A stretch of DNA of 64,000 nt from an uncultured Ignavibacteria bacterium (GCA_903939735.1 CAJAIA010000028.1:115152-179151), one strand, 5' to 3'. Counted from the first letter of the stretch, positions 37,484 through 47,488 are shown. Notes: a model not told the origin generated them from the sequence alone. Numbers and translations: made by a program.

Positions 37484-39567
37484 TGTGCACCTCCGGCAAC
37501 TACGACACTCGACCGCTGCGTTGGCGTTTCGACAACGATGAATCCAATTCCCGAGATACACTCCCATGGAATCGTGCGTTCAACAACACGAAGTTGTTGC
37601 TCTTGTGCTGTGGCCACATCACTCCACACATTGCGTCCTGCCACATCATACATCGTGAAGGTGGCCGAAGCCGTCTCTGCGAGGTCACATGTGACGCGGA
37701 TACCTTCGCGTGTCGATCGCCAGCGAAGAATCAATGGCGTACCGAGAGACGTGTACAGGCGGGGATCTGCACCTTCTCGACAGATACCGCGAACAAGGAC
37801 TGGCATATAGGATGTTTCTGTGCGCATACCCGGACCCGATCCGATCGACGTTACGCGGGTAATCTTGAGTGCTGTCACACTGTCCTGTCCGAGCGTCGCC
37901 GTAAACGTAAAGGTTCCAAGTTGCGTATCTGATGCTGGCAGAGGGAACTGTACTTCCATCAATTCGCGGCTCCGGCGAATGCCTGCTGTGTCGGTCACAA
38001 CATCTTCGACAACCGTGATGTTGGAGAATGTCGACCCCGTGCGGAACAAGATCGATGGATCGTACTCAAAGCGAAGTCGCACGCTATCGATATCAGCGAG
38101 GTCCAGAAACTGCGCACCCTCGAGCGCAACCGACAAGGTAGTCGACTCTCGGATATTCAGCGTATCGCCGCTTGTGGTAAACCGTGCGAATGCAGGCGGT
38201 GGCGGCGCAATGGTAAAGGCTCCGCTCGTATCCGATTGCAACACAATCTCGAGTACTTGCCAGACGCGCGCTGTTCCGTCGCGTGATGTTGTCAGGAGAC
38301 GTTCGCCCTTGCGATCCCAGCGAGCCACGAGTACGTCGTCGCCGTGCTGGAGCGCTGCGACGATACGGCCAGTTGCTATCTCGTGAACGCGAGCGAAGTT
38401 ATCATCAGACGCACCTGCGATGTATGCACCATCAGGTGTGAAGTTCACCATGCGAACGGCGCCTCTGTATCCACGAAGCGTTGTGACGAGCGCACCCGTT
38501 GCTGCATTCCAAATGGTCACAGTTGAGTCGGCCATACCTACGGCAATACGCGAGCCGTCAGACGAGAAGGCCACACTGCGTACACCTTCACGAGGCGACG
38601 ATGCGCTCCACAAACGAATCGCGGAATCAGCCTTCCACAGATGGATCGATGCATCACCACCGATTGTGCAGATCGTGGTGCCGTCTGGGGAATAAGCCCC
38701 AGAAATCACGCCAGTTGTCTGTTGATTATACGTCAGCGGAAGACCAACGCTCCGTCCATACACACGAGCTTCGAATGCACAGAGCAGCACGCGCGTCGCC
38801 TGGGGGTTCACGACCATGTCGTCGAGTGTTGAACCGGCATTATGTGTTGCGCGCGGCGTTGTCGACGGAAGGTTGAACACACGAACGCGATTGTCGTCAC
38901 ACCGCGTGAACAGCCACGATCCCGTTGAGTCAATCTCGACCTTGGTTACGATGTCAGGATGGCGCAGCGACGCACGTTGTGCCAGCGTACGAGCATCGAA
39001 CACGACTGCTGCGTTATCATCGGATCCTGTGACGATTGTCGAACTGTCGGAACTCCACCGCACACTGTAATACGAGGCGCGGGCTCCCGGCAGACTCTGC
39101 AAGGGAGAAGATGCCGACACTCGTGAATCCCAAATGTGGGGATCGGCGGCGACACTCACGATACGCTCAGCCGAAGGTGACCACCACGCGTCGGTCACGG
39201 GGTTGCCGTGTCCGCTGTAGACGATATTGTCTTCAGCCCGGGGTGGTCGAAGTTGTGTAACACGCACACGGAAGAAGGACGACAATCCCGCAGAACGGAT
39301 ATCCCAGACGTAGGATCCGCCACGTGCACTGTCAGCAAGCTTGACCCACGAAAGTCCGTTATTGGACGAGTAGTCGAGGCGCACAGCTACTGTGTCGTCG
39401 ACGCCAGACCAACGGATCGTGATCTCCGTTACGCGCGACGTATAGTACACCTCTCCGCCAAGGGGCTCAATGAGACGTAGAACGCCTGTTGTGTCAGGCT
39501 GCGCAACGAGCGCAGGACTGATCAACAGTGCGAGTATAAGTGCAATACCCAGACGTAGCAATGTCAT
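37480..39567 (-). CDS. WD40 beta-propeller protein with cohesin-like domain and T9SS C-terminal sorting domain
   Basis: Signal peptide MTLLRLGIALILALLISPALVAQ. About 7 WD-like blades (...SVAFSSDGSRIAVG..., ...VNFTPDGAYIAGAS...). CTD ...ASATFTMYDVAGRNVW... Confidence 0.8.
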   Translation of the reverse strand: MTLLRLGIALILALLISPALVAQPDTTGVLRLIEPLGGEVYYTSRVTEITIRWSGVDDTVAVRLDYSSNNGLSWVKLADSARGGSYVWDIRSAGLSSFFRVRVTQLRPPRAEDNIVYSGHGNPVTDAWWSPSAERIVSVAADPHIWDSRVSASSPLQSLPGARASYYSVRWSSDSSTIVTGSDDNAAVVFDARTLAQRASLRHPDIVTKVEIDSTGSWLFTRCDDNRVRVFNLPSTTPRATHNAGSTLDDMVVNPQATRVLLCAFEARVYGRSVGLPLTYNQQTTGVISGAYSPDGTTICTIGGDASIHLWKADSAIRLWSASSPREGVRSVAFSSDGSRIAVGMADSTVTIWNAATGALVTTLRGYRGAVRMVNFTPDGAYIAGASDDNFARVHEIATGRIVAALQHGDDVLVARWDRKGERLLTTSRDGTARVWQVLEIVLQSDTSGAFTIAPPPPAFARFTTSGDTLNIRESTTLSVALEGAQFLDLADIDSVRLRFEYDPSILFRTGSTFSNITVVEDVVTDTAGIRRSRELMEVQFPLPASDTQLGTFTFTATLGQDSVTALKITRVTSIGSGPGMRTETSYMPVLVRGICREGADPRLYTSLGTPLILRWRSTREGIRVTCDLAETASATFTMYDVAGRNVWSDVATAQEQQLRVVERTIPWECISGIGFIVVETPTQRSSVVVAGGAQ

Positions 39568-39650
39568 TCCTGACCTCCCCCATGAACAGAACTAGGGAAT
39601 CTACGACAGCTCGATGGTTGCACCAATGGTAAAAATGCCGGGGAATGCCA

Positions 39651-41084
39651 TTAGAATGGCGCTTCGGATTCGGGCAGAAGCCCGACATCCGGGGCAACGT
39701 CGAATGCGTCGCGGTTAAACGTAAGATCGTGGAAGGCTGCCAGCTCTTTTTGGTAGAAGAGTCGGATATCCCCGGTCGGACCATTCCGCTGCTTTCCAAC
39801 AATGATCTCAGCGATGTTTTCCGTCGAGCGACCGTCCTCAAAGGCAGTGATCTTGTAATACTCCGGACGGTGAATAAACATCACCACGTCGGCATCCTGC
39901 TCGATCGAGCCGGATTCGCGCAAGTCGGAAAGCATCGGGCGCTTATCTGCACGAGCCTCCAACGTTCGATTCAGCTGCGACAATGCGATTACCGGGATGT
40001 TCAATTCCTTCGCAACGGCCTTGAGCGTGTGCGAGATCACCGAGATTTCCCGTTCACGGCTTTCTGCCTTAGGAGCGTGCATAAGCTGCAAGTAGTCGAC
40101 CATGACGAGGTCAATCTTATGCTCCATCTTCATGCGTCGGCACTTGGCGCGAAACTCTACAGGCGACAAACCGGCTGAGTCGTCAATGTAGATCTGGGCA
40201 TTCATCAGACTATCGACGCGCGTCACGATTTCATGCATTTCGGCGCTCGACAAGCGTCCGCTCCTCAATGCCTGCAAACCAACCTGTGCATCGGCAGAGA
40301 TTAAACGCAGCACCAGCTGCTGTGCGGACATTTCCAGCGAGAAGATGCCAACGGCTTTCCCGCGCCGCGATGCCTCACGAGCAACAGACAGCGCGAAGGC
40401 CGTCTTCCCCATCGACGGACGCGCAGCAACAATCACCAAGTCAGACGGCTGGAGACCACTCAGGAGTTGGTCCAGCTGGGTAAAGCCCGTAGGCACACCT
40501 GTGATGCCGTCGCCGTCGCCCGCAGACATCGAGAAGATGCGCTCGATGGCATCCTTCGTGAGCTTCTTCATACCCGAATACGAACGGCGCAACCGCTTCT
40601 CTGCAACTTCGAAGATGCGCTGCTCAGCGCGATCCACCTCGTCCAGTGCGTCGGTTGTTTCATCGTAGCATTGCTGCGCAATATCGCCGGCGACCTTGAT
40701 CAATTGACGCTTGAGAAAGCGCTCGAGCACGATCCGTGCATGGTACTCAACGTTAGCCGACGAAACAGTGCGGACACTGATTTCGGTGAGCGCAAACATC
40801 CCGCCGACGCGCTCAAGTGTTCCGTCGCGTTGAAGCTGATCACTCAGCGAAACAAGATCGATCGTAACGCCACGCTCAAACATCGCCATCATGGCTTTGA
40901 AGATCAGGACGTGCTTATCGTGATAGAAACATTCTGCATCGACAACTTCGACCACCTTTGAAACGGCGTCTTTGTCAATAAGCATAGCACCCAACACCGC
41001 CACTTCGGCGTCTGTTGAGTGCGGCGGAATATTACCATGACGGAGTTCGTCCGTGTCGCTTTGGGTTCGTGTTCGGCTTGCCAT
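39651..41084 (-). CDS. dnaB: Replicative DNA helicase
   Basis: PPHSTDAEVAVLGAML N-domain, Walker A ARPSMGKTAFAL, LVMVDYLQLM, ALSQLNR and KQRNGPTG. Confidence 0.93.
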   Translation of the reverse strand: MASRTRTQSDTDELRHGNIPPHSTDAEVAVLGAMLIDKDAVSKVVEVVDAECFYHDKHVLIFKAMMAMFERGVTIDLVSLSDQLQRDGTLERVGGMFALTEISVRTVSSANVEYHARIVLERFLKRQLIKVAGDIAQQCYDETTDALDEVDRAEQRIFEVAEKRLRRSYSGMKKLTKDAIERIFSMSAGDGDGITGVPTGFTQLDQLLSGLQPSDLVIVAARPSMGKTAFALSVAREASRRGKAVGIFSLEMSAQQLVLRLISADAQVGLQALRSGRLSSAEMHEIVTRVDSLMNAQIYIDDSAGLSPVEFRAKCRRMKMEHKIDLVMVDYLQLMHAPKAESREREISVISHTLKAVAKELNIPVIALSQLNRTLEARADKRPMLSDLRESGSIEQDADVVMFIHRPEYYKITAFEDGRSTENIAEIIVGKQRNGPTGDIRLFYQKELAAFHDLTFNRDAFDVAPDVGLLPESEAPF

Positions 41085-41150
41085 GGGTGCAAACTATGGA
41101 AACGTCCGGGGTGGTTATCCACCGTTTTCCCCACGAGTTTCCCGCATCGC

Positions 41151-42149
41151 CTATGGGATCACGATTTCTCGCTTCAGCTCGGCACTCGCATAGAGGGCTT
41201 CAACAATCTTCATCCGCGCACATGCCTCATCGATGGTCGAAATCATCGGCACAACGCCCTTGACGGCATTCACGAAGTGCTTTATCTCCGACTCATAACT
41301 CTTGCGGTAGATCTCAAGCTGGGTCTTTTTCGGCGGTGTGGATGTCGACTGAATTGTCGTGCCCTGCTTCCGTACCAGTCGGTAGGGGTTAATGTAGGCG
41401 CTTCCCTTTTTGCCAAAGACATTGCAGTAGTAGAGATCCTCGGCACGCACGAGCGACCAGCTAGTCTCGATCGTTGCAATGCCGCCATTCTCAAACTGCA
41501 ACATCGCAATCACAACATCCTCAACGGACTTTGTCTCGTGATGGAATGTCGATGCCATGACACTTCGCACTCGACCGAAATCAAACACATGCAGGATCAT
41601 GTCGAGCACGGTGATACCAAGGTCGACAAGCACGCCACCACCCGACATGTCCGCATTGGCCAACCATCGCGCATCGGTAGAGCGCTGCTTCACCCAACCC
41701 GCCTTGACGTAGTATGGGGCACCGATCTCTCCGCGGTCGACAGCATTCTTCATGTTCACAACATCAGGACGGAATCGGTGATTCATGCCGATCATCACCT
41801 GCACACCCTGCTCCTGCGCCAGAGCACGCATGTCAAGCGTCTCCTGGAGGGTCCGTCCAGCGGGACGTTCAACGAAGACGTGCTTTCCAGCAGCCATCGC
41901 CTGCATGGCTAGGCTTGCATGCGCATCTGTTGACGTCGCAACCACAACGGCGTCGACACCAGGAAGATCCAGTGCGTCGTCGAGTGAGCGGAACACATGG
42001 GGTACGCCGTACTTCTCAGCGAGAATTCTCGCCTTCGAGATTTGACGGTCGCACAGTGCTACGATGCGCACACCGGGCATCGCTGAAAACAATGGCAGGT
42101 GAATGCTCTGCGCAATATTCCCTGCACCGACAAGGACGATTCCAATCAT
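41151..42149 (-). CDS. Gfo/Idh/MocA family oxidoreductase
   Basis: N-terminal Rossmann fold IGIVLVGAGNIAQSIHLP and typical EKP-like region FVERPAG. Confidence 0.85.
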   Translation of the reverse strand: MIGIVLVGAGNIAQSIHLPLFSAMPGVRIVALCDRQISKARILAEKYGVPHVFRSLDDALDLPGVDAVVVATSTDAHASLAMQAMAAGKHVFVERPAGRTLQETLDMRALAQEQGVQVMIGMNHRFRPDVVNMKNAVDRGEIGAPYYVKAGWVKQRSTDARWLANADMSGGGVLVDLGITVLDMILHVFDFGRVRSVMASTFHHETKSVEDVVIAMLQFENGGIATIETSWSLVRAEDLYYCNVFGKKGSAYINPYRLVRKQGTTIQSTSTPPKKTQLEIYRKSYESEIKHFVNAVKGVVPMISTIDEACARMKIVEALYASAELKREIVIP

Positions 42150-42177
42150 ACCCCTGAGCGAAGCAAGAATCGTGCCG

Positions 42178-43191
42178 TCACATCAACTCACTGACGGCGC
42201 GAAGCACATCGCTCACTGCGATGCCCTCCATACACCGGAAATGATGCTTCGGGCACGTGGCACGTCCGATGTGGGAGCACGGACGACAGGCGACATCGTG
42301 CTCTACGATACGGTGCGGTGTTCCATAAGGCGCAAACCCCAATTCACGCACTGTCGAACCGAAGATTGCGACGACGGGGACACGCCGTGCAGCAGCAAGA
42401 TGCATCACGCCGGTATCGTTGGTAACAACGCACGAACAGGTATCAAGCATGCGCACAGTGGCTTCAATCGACGTTGCACCATCGGCGCGTAACACAGGCA
42501 CACCTGACGCAGCAGCGACGGCGGAACACAGCTCAACATCTGATGGACCACCGAGGAGCACAACCTCACGTCCGGACCGCACCAAGCTTGCTGCTAGCTC
42601 TGCATAGCGCACGGCGGGCCAGCGCTTGGTAGCATGATGTGCACCGGGAACGAGAGCAACGCGCATACGTTCGAGCGCGGGCCGTACCGACGGATACGCA
42701 TGTTCCTCAGGGAGCCACACCTCACAACCATCTGTGTCGGGAGCAAGACCTAGATGACCGACCGTTGAGCGATAGCGTTCGACAATCGACGTCGTCACGG
42801 CCGGCCGTCGCTTCAGATACACCATGGCGAGCTTCTCCATGCGGTACTTTGGCGCGCGCACCACCGTGCTTCCAAGACCGCGACGAAGTGTTGCCGAGCG
42901 AAGCGAATGTTGCAGATCAACGATGAGGTCGTATGCACCACCCCATTCGCCACTGAGCGATTCGAGCATCTCAAGTTTTAGTTCATCGACACCTGACTCT
43001 GACGCGTGTACCGATGGCACTGGCCAAACAATCGTTACGTGCGGGTTGTTGGCCCACACGTCAGCAAATCGGTCGGCTACCGCCACATCAATGCGCGCAT
43101 CGGGATACGTTCGACGCAGTTGCCGCAGGAGCGGCGTTGCGAGAACAACGTCGCCCATTGATGTGAGGCGGATAACGAGAATGGAGCGCAT
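42178..43191 (-). CDS. Glycosyltransferase family 9 (heptosyltransferase-like)
   Basis: ILVIRLTSMGDVVLATPLLRQLR and VVTNDTGVMHLAAA. ATG 43191 is preferred to the longer track ORF. Confidence 0.8.
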   Translation of the reverse strand: MRSILVIRLTSMGDVVLATPLLRQLRRTYPDARIDVAVADRFADVWANNPHVTIVWPVPSVHASESGVDELKLEMLESLSGEWGGAYDLIVDLQHSLRSATLRRGLGSTVVRAPKYRMEKLAMVYLKRRPAVTTSIVERYRSTVGHLGLAPDTDGCEVWLPEEHAYPSVRPALERMRVALVPGAHHATKRWPAVRYAELAASLVRSGREVVLLGGPSDVELCSAVAAASGVPVLRADGATSIEATVRMLDTCSCVVTNDTGVMHLAAARRVPVVAIFGSTVRELGFAPYGTPHRIVEHDVACRPCSHIGRATCPKHHFRCMEGIAVSDVLRAVSELM

Positions 43192-43252
43192 GACTGCAAA
43201 GTTGCGATCAATTACGATCTTTGCACCATCACCATTTTCTGGGAACACACGA

Positions 43253-43594
43253 ATGCGCTTCTCCGTAGAACAAGACGACGAGCTGGTGGTCTTTACCATC
43301 AAGGAACCGATGCTCGATTCAACGAACGCTCCTGACGTCAAGAGCGAGCTGTTGATTCTGTGTCAGCCGTCTGTCAAGGCACTCGTGATCGATCTCACGA
43401 TGGTACTCTTCTGTGATTCGCAGGGCCTGTCGTCCATCCTGCTGGCGCACCGCCAGATGAAGGAGCACGAAGGCTTCGTGGTGTTGGTTGGGGTACAGGA
43501 GCCAGTGCGAAATCTCTTCCGCATCTCGCAAATCGAGTACCTGTTCGAGTTCCAGCCGACAATCGTCGACGCAATCGCTTGGCTGCAGTCCTAA
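43253..43594 (+). CDS. STAS domain protein (anti-sigma-factor antagonist-like)
   Basis: 113 aa. VVFTIKEPMLDSTNAPDVKSELL...LVIDLTMVLFCDSQGLSSIL. The 5' part of track ORF 42824..43594 is antisense to the GT9 gene and was discarded. Confidence 0.75.
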   Translation: MRFSVEQDDELVVFTIKEPMLDSTNAPDVKSELLILCQPSVKALVIDLTMVLFCDSQGLSSILLAHRQMKEHEGFVVLVGVQEPVRNLFRISQIEYLFEFQPTIVDAIAWLQS

Positions 43595-43599
43595 ACCAA

Positions 43600-43623
43600 A
43601 CGTGCTGCCCGAGGGCAGCACGT
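43600..43623. terminator. Hairpin between convergent STAS gene and nuoC (terminator, best fit for minus strand)
   Basis: ACGTGCTGCC-CGAG-GGCAGCACGT, a 10-bp perfect stem. On the minus strand it is followed by TTTGGTTT. Confidence 0.6.
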
Positions 43624-43628
43624 GGTAA

Positions 43629-44135
43629 TTAGTTCTTTTCTGGCAGAGGCAGCGAGCCTGGGATTCCCATCAGCGGGAAATCCTTTCGCAGCGGATATAG
43701 CTGCGTTCCCTGATCGTCCATGAAATCTTCCGGCATATAGAACCGGCGAAGATCAGGATGTCCATCGAACATAATGCCGTACATGTCATACGTTTCGCGC
43801 TCGTACCAGTTGGCCGCTTCATACACGTCCACCACGGTTGGTACATGCGGAGCATCTTCGCGAACAGCGACCTTGATGCGTACACGCGTCTTGTGCTCAA
43901 GCGAGTACAAGAAGTACACAACCTCGAAACGATCCGGCGTCTTCGCCCAGTCGATCGCTGTGACGTCGATCAGCTGTGAGAACGACATCTGAGGATTATC
44001 CTTCAACTCGTGAAGGACATCGAGGAGCTGGCTCTTCGGCACGGTGATCGTCAAGTCGCCATGATGCTCAACTGGCGTGATGTCAGATGCAACAGCTTTG
44101 ACGACGTTGATGATATCGGAGAATGTTTGCGCCAT
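43629..44135 (-). CDS. nuoC: NADH-quinone oxidoreductase subunit C (no other nuo genes nearby)
   Basis: ANWYERETYDMYGIMFDGHPDLRRF, the hallmark of the 30-kDa subunit. Confidence 0.88.
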   Translation of the reverse strand: MAQTFSDIINVVKAVASDITPVEHHGDLTITVPKSQLLDVLHELKDNPQMSFSQLIDVTAIDWAKTPDRFEVVYFLYSLEHKTRVRIKVAVREDAPHVPTVVDVYEAANWYERETYDMYGIMFDGHPDLRRFYMPEDFMDDQGTQLYPLRKDFPLMGIPGSLPLPEKN

Positions 44136-44143
44136 TGGAGACC

Positions 44144-44812
44144 TCAGGAAGTAGGAGCGGACGGTTTCGAAGACGAGCGCTTACGCGCCCATTCAGGGAC
44201 AGTGCGGAACACGATATCCCACAACGGAGAGCTCACACCATACGCTGTGTGATCATCCACGAAGTGGTGTTTCATGTGATACTCTTTCAAGAACCGACCA
44301 ATGCGTGACGTCATCGGGAAGTGATGCGTTGCGTAATGGATCGAATCGTATGCAACATAGCCAAAAATAAAACCGCTAAAGAGTGCGTTGTTAAATGGAG
44401 CCCAAACTGCCGCAAAGGCGCCATAGAACGCCAAGGCCAGAGGAACACTCACAAGGAGTGGCATCACCAGACGTGTCGAATCCCTTGGGTAATCATGATG
44501 AATGCCGTGCACGAGGAAATGCACGCGCTTCCCCAGCTCCGTTGTGGGATCGATGTGGAAGGCCCAGCGATGAATCGCGTATTCGACCAGCGTCCAGACA
44601 AGAACACCCACTGCAAACACGCTGATGCTCGACCACGTGCCGATGGATTGAGCCCATCCACCACCCGCCACACTCACGTACAACGTCATCATAACCACCG
44701 GAAGGAATACAACCACGGGCGTCGCTGGGTGGATATGAGAGAAGTATTCGAGAACCGGATTCTTGAAGAGCCGAACGGTCTCGTCCTTATTCGATACGAA
44801 CAGTGAACCCAT
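44144..44812 (-). CDS. Fatty acid hydroxylase / sterol desaturase superfamily membrane protein
   Basis: His boxes HRWAFH, HGIHHDYP, HYATHH and HMKHH. Four hydrophobic segments. Confidence 0.75.
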   Translation of the reverse strand: MGSLFVSNKDETVRLFKNPVLEYFSHIHPATPVVVFLPVVMMTLYVSVAGGGWAQSIGTWSSISVFAVGVLVWTLVEYAIHRWAFHIDPTTELGKRVHFLVHGIHHDYPRDSTRLVMPLLVSVPLALAFYGAFAAVWAPFNNALFSGFIFGYVAYDSIHYATHHFPMTSRIGRFLKEYHMKHHFVDDHTAYGVSSPLWDIVFRTVPEWARKRSSSKPSAPTS

Positions 44813-44834
44813 AACACAAAAATAGAGAGATCAG

Positions 44835-45335
44835 TTATTCCAACCCTAGCGCACGGTGCATATCATCTCCGTAATCCGTGTAAATCTCATCGCCAGGCTT
44901 AATTGTACGAGTAGCAACGATATATATCCGACTTCCGAACACTACATATTCAGCGTTTGGCTTCTTTCCTGATCCGTGGTAGTCACATGCATACCGCGCA
45001 ACCCCACTGGTGGTCTTGGCCGCGTCAATCACGAATCGCTCCGAGAGCTGAATTCCATAGGATCCAAGGGCATCCGAGGCATAGCGGCGATCATACTGGT
45101 CCGTGGTCAGCTTCTCGCCCGTGTACTCCACAATACGCTCATCAGCGGCGAACTTCCGCTCTGCGAACAGACCCATTCCAGCCCCCTTGATGAGGCTTTT
45201 CTTGACCGAAACACTGAAGTGCTCCTTGGTGTGCTGGGCACAATAAGGATGCGTAATACTGGTCATGCGCTTGCATTGACCGTTATCGCCACGATGTGCA
45301 CACTGGCGCGTGACCTTGACTGAGTGTCGCTTCAT
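44835..45335 (-). CDS. SET domain protein (putative protein-lysine methyltransferase) with Cys/His-rich N-terminus
   Basis: KGAGMGLFA, RIVEYTGE, ...NAEYV... and IKPGDEIYTDYG. N-terminal C-x8-C-x10-C-x2-H (CAHRGDNGQC...YCAQH). Confidence 0.75.
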   Translation of the reverse strand: MKRHSVKVTRQCAHRGDNGQCKRMTSITHPYCAQHTKEHFSVSVKKSLIKGAGMGLFAERKFAADERIVEYTGEKLTTDQYDRRYASDALGSYGIQLSERFVIDAAKTTSGVARYACDYHGSGKKPNAEYVVFGSRIYIVATRTIKPGDEIYTDYGDDMHRALGLE

Positions 45336-45379
45336 AGTCCGCGAATATAGCCTAAACGTCGGTGCTCAAGCGCAGTGAC

Positions 45380-47482
45380 TCAGAACCGCAGGTCAAGCAT
45401 CACCATGAAATTGCGCCCAGCCTGTACGAAGTACGTAGGCACGGTCGACGTACCATCGAACGTAGAGCCTCCGTTTGTAACGATCATGCGATCGAGCAGG
45501 TTGTTGGCCATCACGCCAATGCGATGTTCGCCTAGAATGTTCCACCAGACGCGCGCATTCACGTCGATAACTTCCGGAAGTACAAGTCCATCAGCGTTGG
45601 TCAGATCTGTGAACGACGACGAGATATACCGCACGCCGGCTTCGATGGAGAGTTGGTCAAGGGGCTGATAGCGCAGCGTCGCCAGCACTTGCGCTGATGG
45701 TGTGAGAATTGGCGTGACGTTGTTGAACACGGTATCGATGCCGATGTTCTCGGGTGCAAATCGTGCTACGTTCGACGTCATGAGCGTCGCTGCAATCTCG
45801 GCCTGCAACGTGCGATGGAGGCGAACGGTCGACATCACTTCGAGTCCGAGGCGGCGACTAGATTCGACGTTCTTGCGGAGCTGGACGAACAACTGATCGA
45901 TGTACGGTCCGATTGGCGCGATCTCGTCGGTAAAGAACATGGCAAAGGCGGTGACGTCAAGCGAGACATCATCACTCGCCGCACGGAAGCCGAGTTCAAG
46001 GTCATTCACATGCTCCGGACGTACCGTGTTGGGCGTGCGAAGAACAGGAAGATTTCCATCTGTGATTTGCGTGCCCCCTAACAAGTCGAACCTGGTTGGC
46101 TCGCGACTTGTGCGACCGAACGATGCGTAGACATCAGACGCAGATGAGAGCGCATATCGTGCGCCAACGCGTGGATTGACAAATGTCCATCGGTGCTCAG
46201 GTAGCGCTTCGGTAACCATGATCATGCCTGGTGCTGAGAACGACATCGATACGCTGCGGACCTGTACATCAGCAAGGAAGCTCAATGCACCAAGTGCGTA
46301 CTCAGCACGAGCAAATGCGGAGAGTTCATTCTTCGTTGTGCGATCATCGTAGTATGGACGGTCGAGATCGGGTGCAACGGTCTCCCAGTTCCGACGACGG
46401 AACGTGTAGGCATGCAATCCCGCACGGAGCGTGAGATCACTCATCCGAACATCGATACTTGCCATCGCACCGTAGTGGCGATTCTCGAGCGGATAGTTGA
46501 GAAGCGTCAGGCCAGTGGTATCGCGGAACCCGGTGAAGAAGTCGCCCCCTGCCCCACCCATGTATGCCGTAGCAGAGAGCACAGCGTTTTCATTGAGTAC
46601 ATGCTGATATGCAAGCGACACAAGATGCTGTCCGAAGTCGTCGACATCCGCACTGTCATTCAGGTTCGTGCGCGGGTCTGCCTCTGCCAGCGCCTTCGGC
46701 ACCGGATAGTATCCGAGTTCATTCTGTGTGCGACCCCACAGACCAGTGAGCTGAAGCGAGTTTGTATTCGTAGCATCCTGCCAGCGGGCCGCAACGTGAG
46801 CAGAGTTCGCAGTTGTTCCCGTATGACGTCGGTATCCGTCGGTCGAGAGCGTTGTGAAACGTGCATACATGTTCACCGAGCTATCGATCGATCCTGTGCG
46901 TACGGCGGCACTACCGCGAAGCATATTGAACGAGCCACCTGACAGCTGCACGTTAGCCATCGGATTGCGTGTGTCACCATAGAGCGAAAGCGATGGTGAC
47001 GTCAACCCAACTGCACCGGCGAATGATGCAGTGCCGTTCGTGCTCAGACCCGTCCCGCGCTGCACCTGCAGCGCCGACATCCCATTGGTGAGATCGCCAA
47101 TATTCGAGAAGAACACGCCTTGGTCAATCATGTCATTGAGCGGCACGCCATCAAGCGTCACGTTGACGCGCGTTTGGTCGATACCCCGGAGCCGGAAGGT
47201 TCCGTAGTTCGAGACCGCGGTGCCGGATTCGGAATACGAGATCACCGATGGTACGGTCCGTTCAAGCACGTACTGGACGTCCTGTCCGATGTAGAGCCGC
47301 TCGACGGTTGCCTTGGTTACAGTGGTCTGCGTCACGGGGTCGGCCGCCTGTGCATAGGGCGACGTCTCTACGCGGATTTCGCGCATGCGATACGTAACCG
47401 TATCACGAGTAGCCGACGATTGAGCAAAACCTGGTGAAAGTGTGGCACATCCAAGTACCACCAATGCTGCGAGCTTGCGCAT
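45380..47482 (-). CDS. TonB-dependent receptor (riboswitch-controlled; putative thiamine or thiamine-precursor uptake)
   Basis: Signal peptide MRKLAALVVLGCATLSPGFAQ. Plug domain (...FRLRGIDQTRVNVTLDGVPLND...). 22-strand-size barrel with terminal ...NFMVMLDLRF. TPP riboswitch in the 5' leader. Confidence 0.88.
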   Translation of the reverse strand: MRKLAALVVLGCATLSPGFAQSSATRDTVTYRMREIRVETSPYAQAADPVTQTTVTKATVERLYIGQDVQYVLERTVPSVISYSESGTAVSNYGTFRLRGIDQTRVNVTLDGVPLNDMIDQGVFFSNIGDLTNGMSALQVQRGTGLSTNGTASFAGAVGLTSPSLSLYGDTRNPMANVQLSGGSFNMLRGSAAVRTGSIDSSVNMYARFTTLSTDGYRRHTGTTANSAHVAARWQDATNTNSLQLTGLWGRTQNELGYYPVPKALAEADPRTNLNDSADVDDFGQHLVSLAYQHVLNENAVLSATAYMGGAGGDFFTGFRDTTGLTLLNYPLENRHYGAMASIDVRMSDLTLRAGLHAYTFRRRNWETVAPDLDRPYYDDRTTKNELSAFARAEYALGALSFLADVQVRSVSMSFSAPGMIMVTEALPEHRWTFVNPRVGARYALSSASDVYASFGRTSREPTRFDLLGGTQITDGNLPVLRTPNTVRPEHVNDLELGFRAASDDVSLDVTAFAMFFTDEIAPIGPYIDQLFVQLRKNVESSRRLGLEVMSTVRLHRTLQAEIAATLMTSNVARFAPENIGIDTVFNNVTPILTPSAQVLATLRYQPLDQLSIEAGVRYISSSFTDLTNADGLVLPEVIDVNARVWWNILGEHRIGVMANNLLDRMIVTNGGSTFDGTSTVPTYFVQAGRNFMVMLDLRF

Positions 47483-47488
47483 GGTTGA

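Noticed and set aside
42824-43252. Long form of the STAS ORF (256 aa) and long form of the GT9 ORF (start 43341)
   Set aside because: The two extensions are mutually antisense and carry no domain sequence. The conserved STAS and GT9 N-termini begin at 43253 and 43191.
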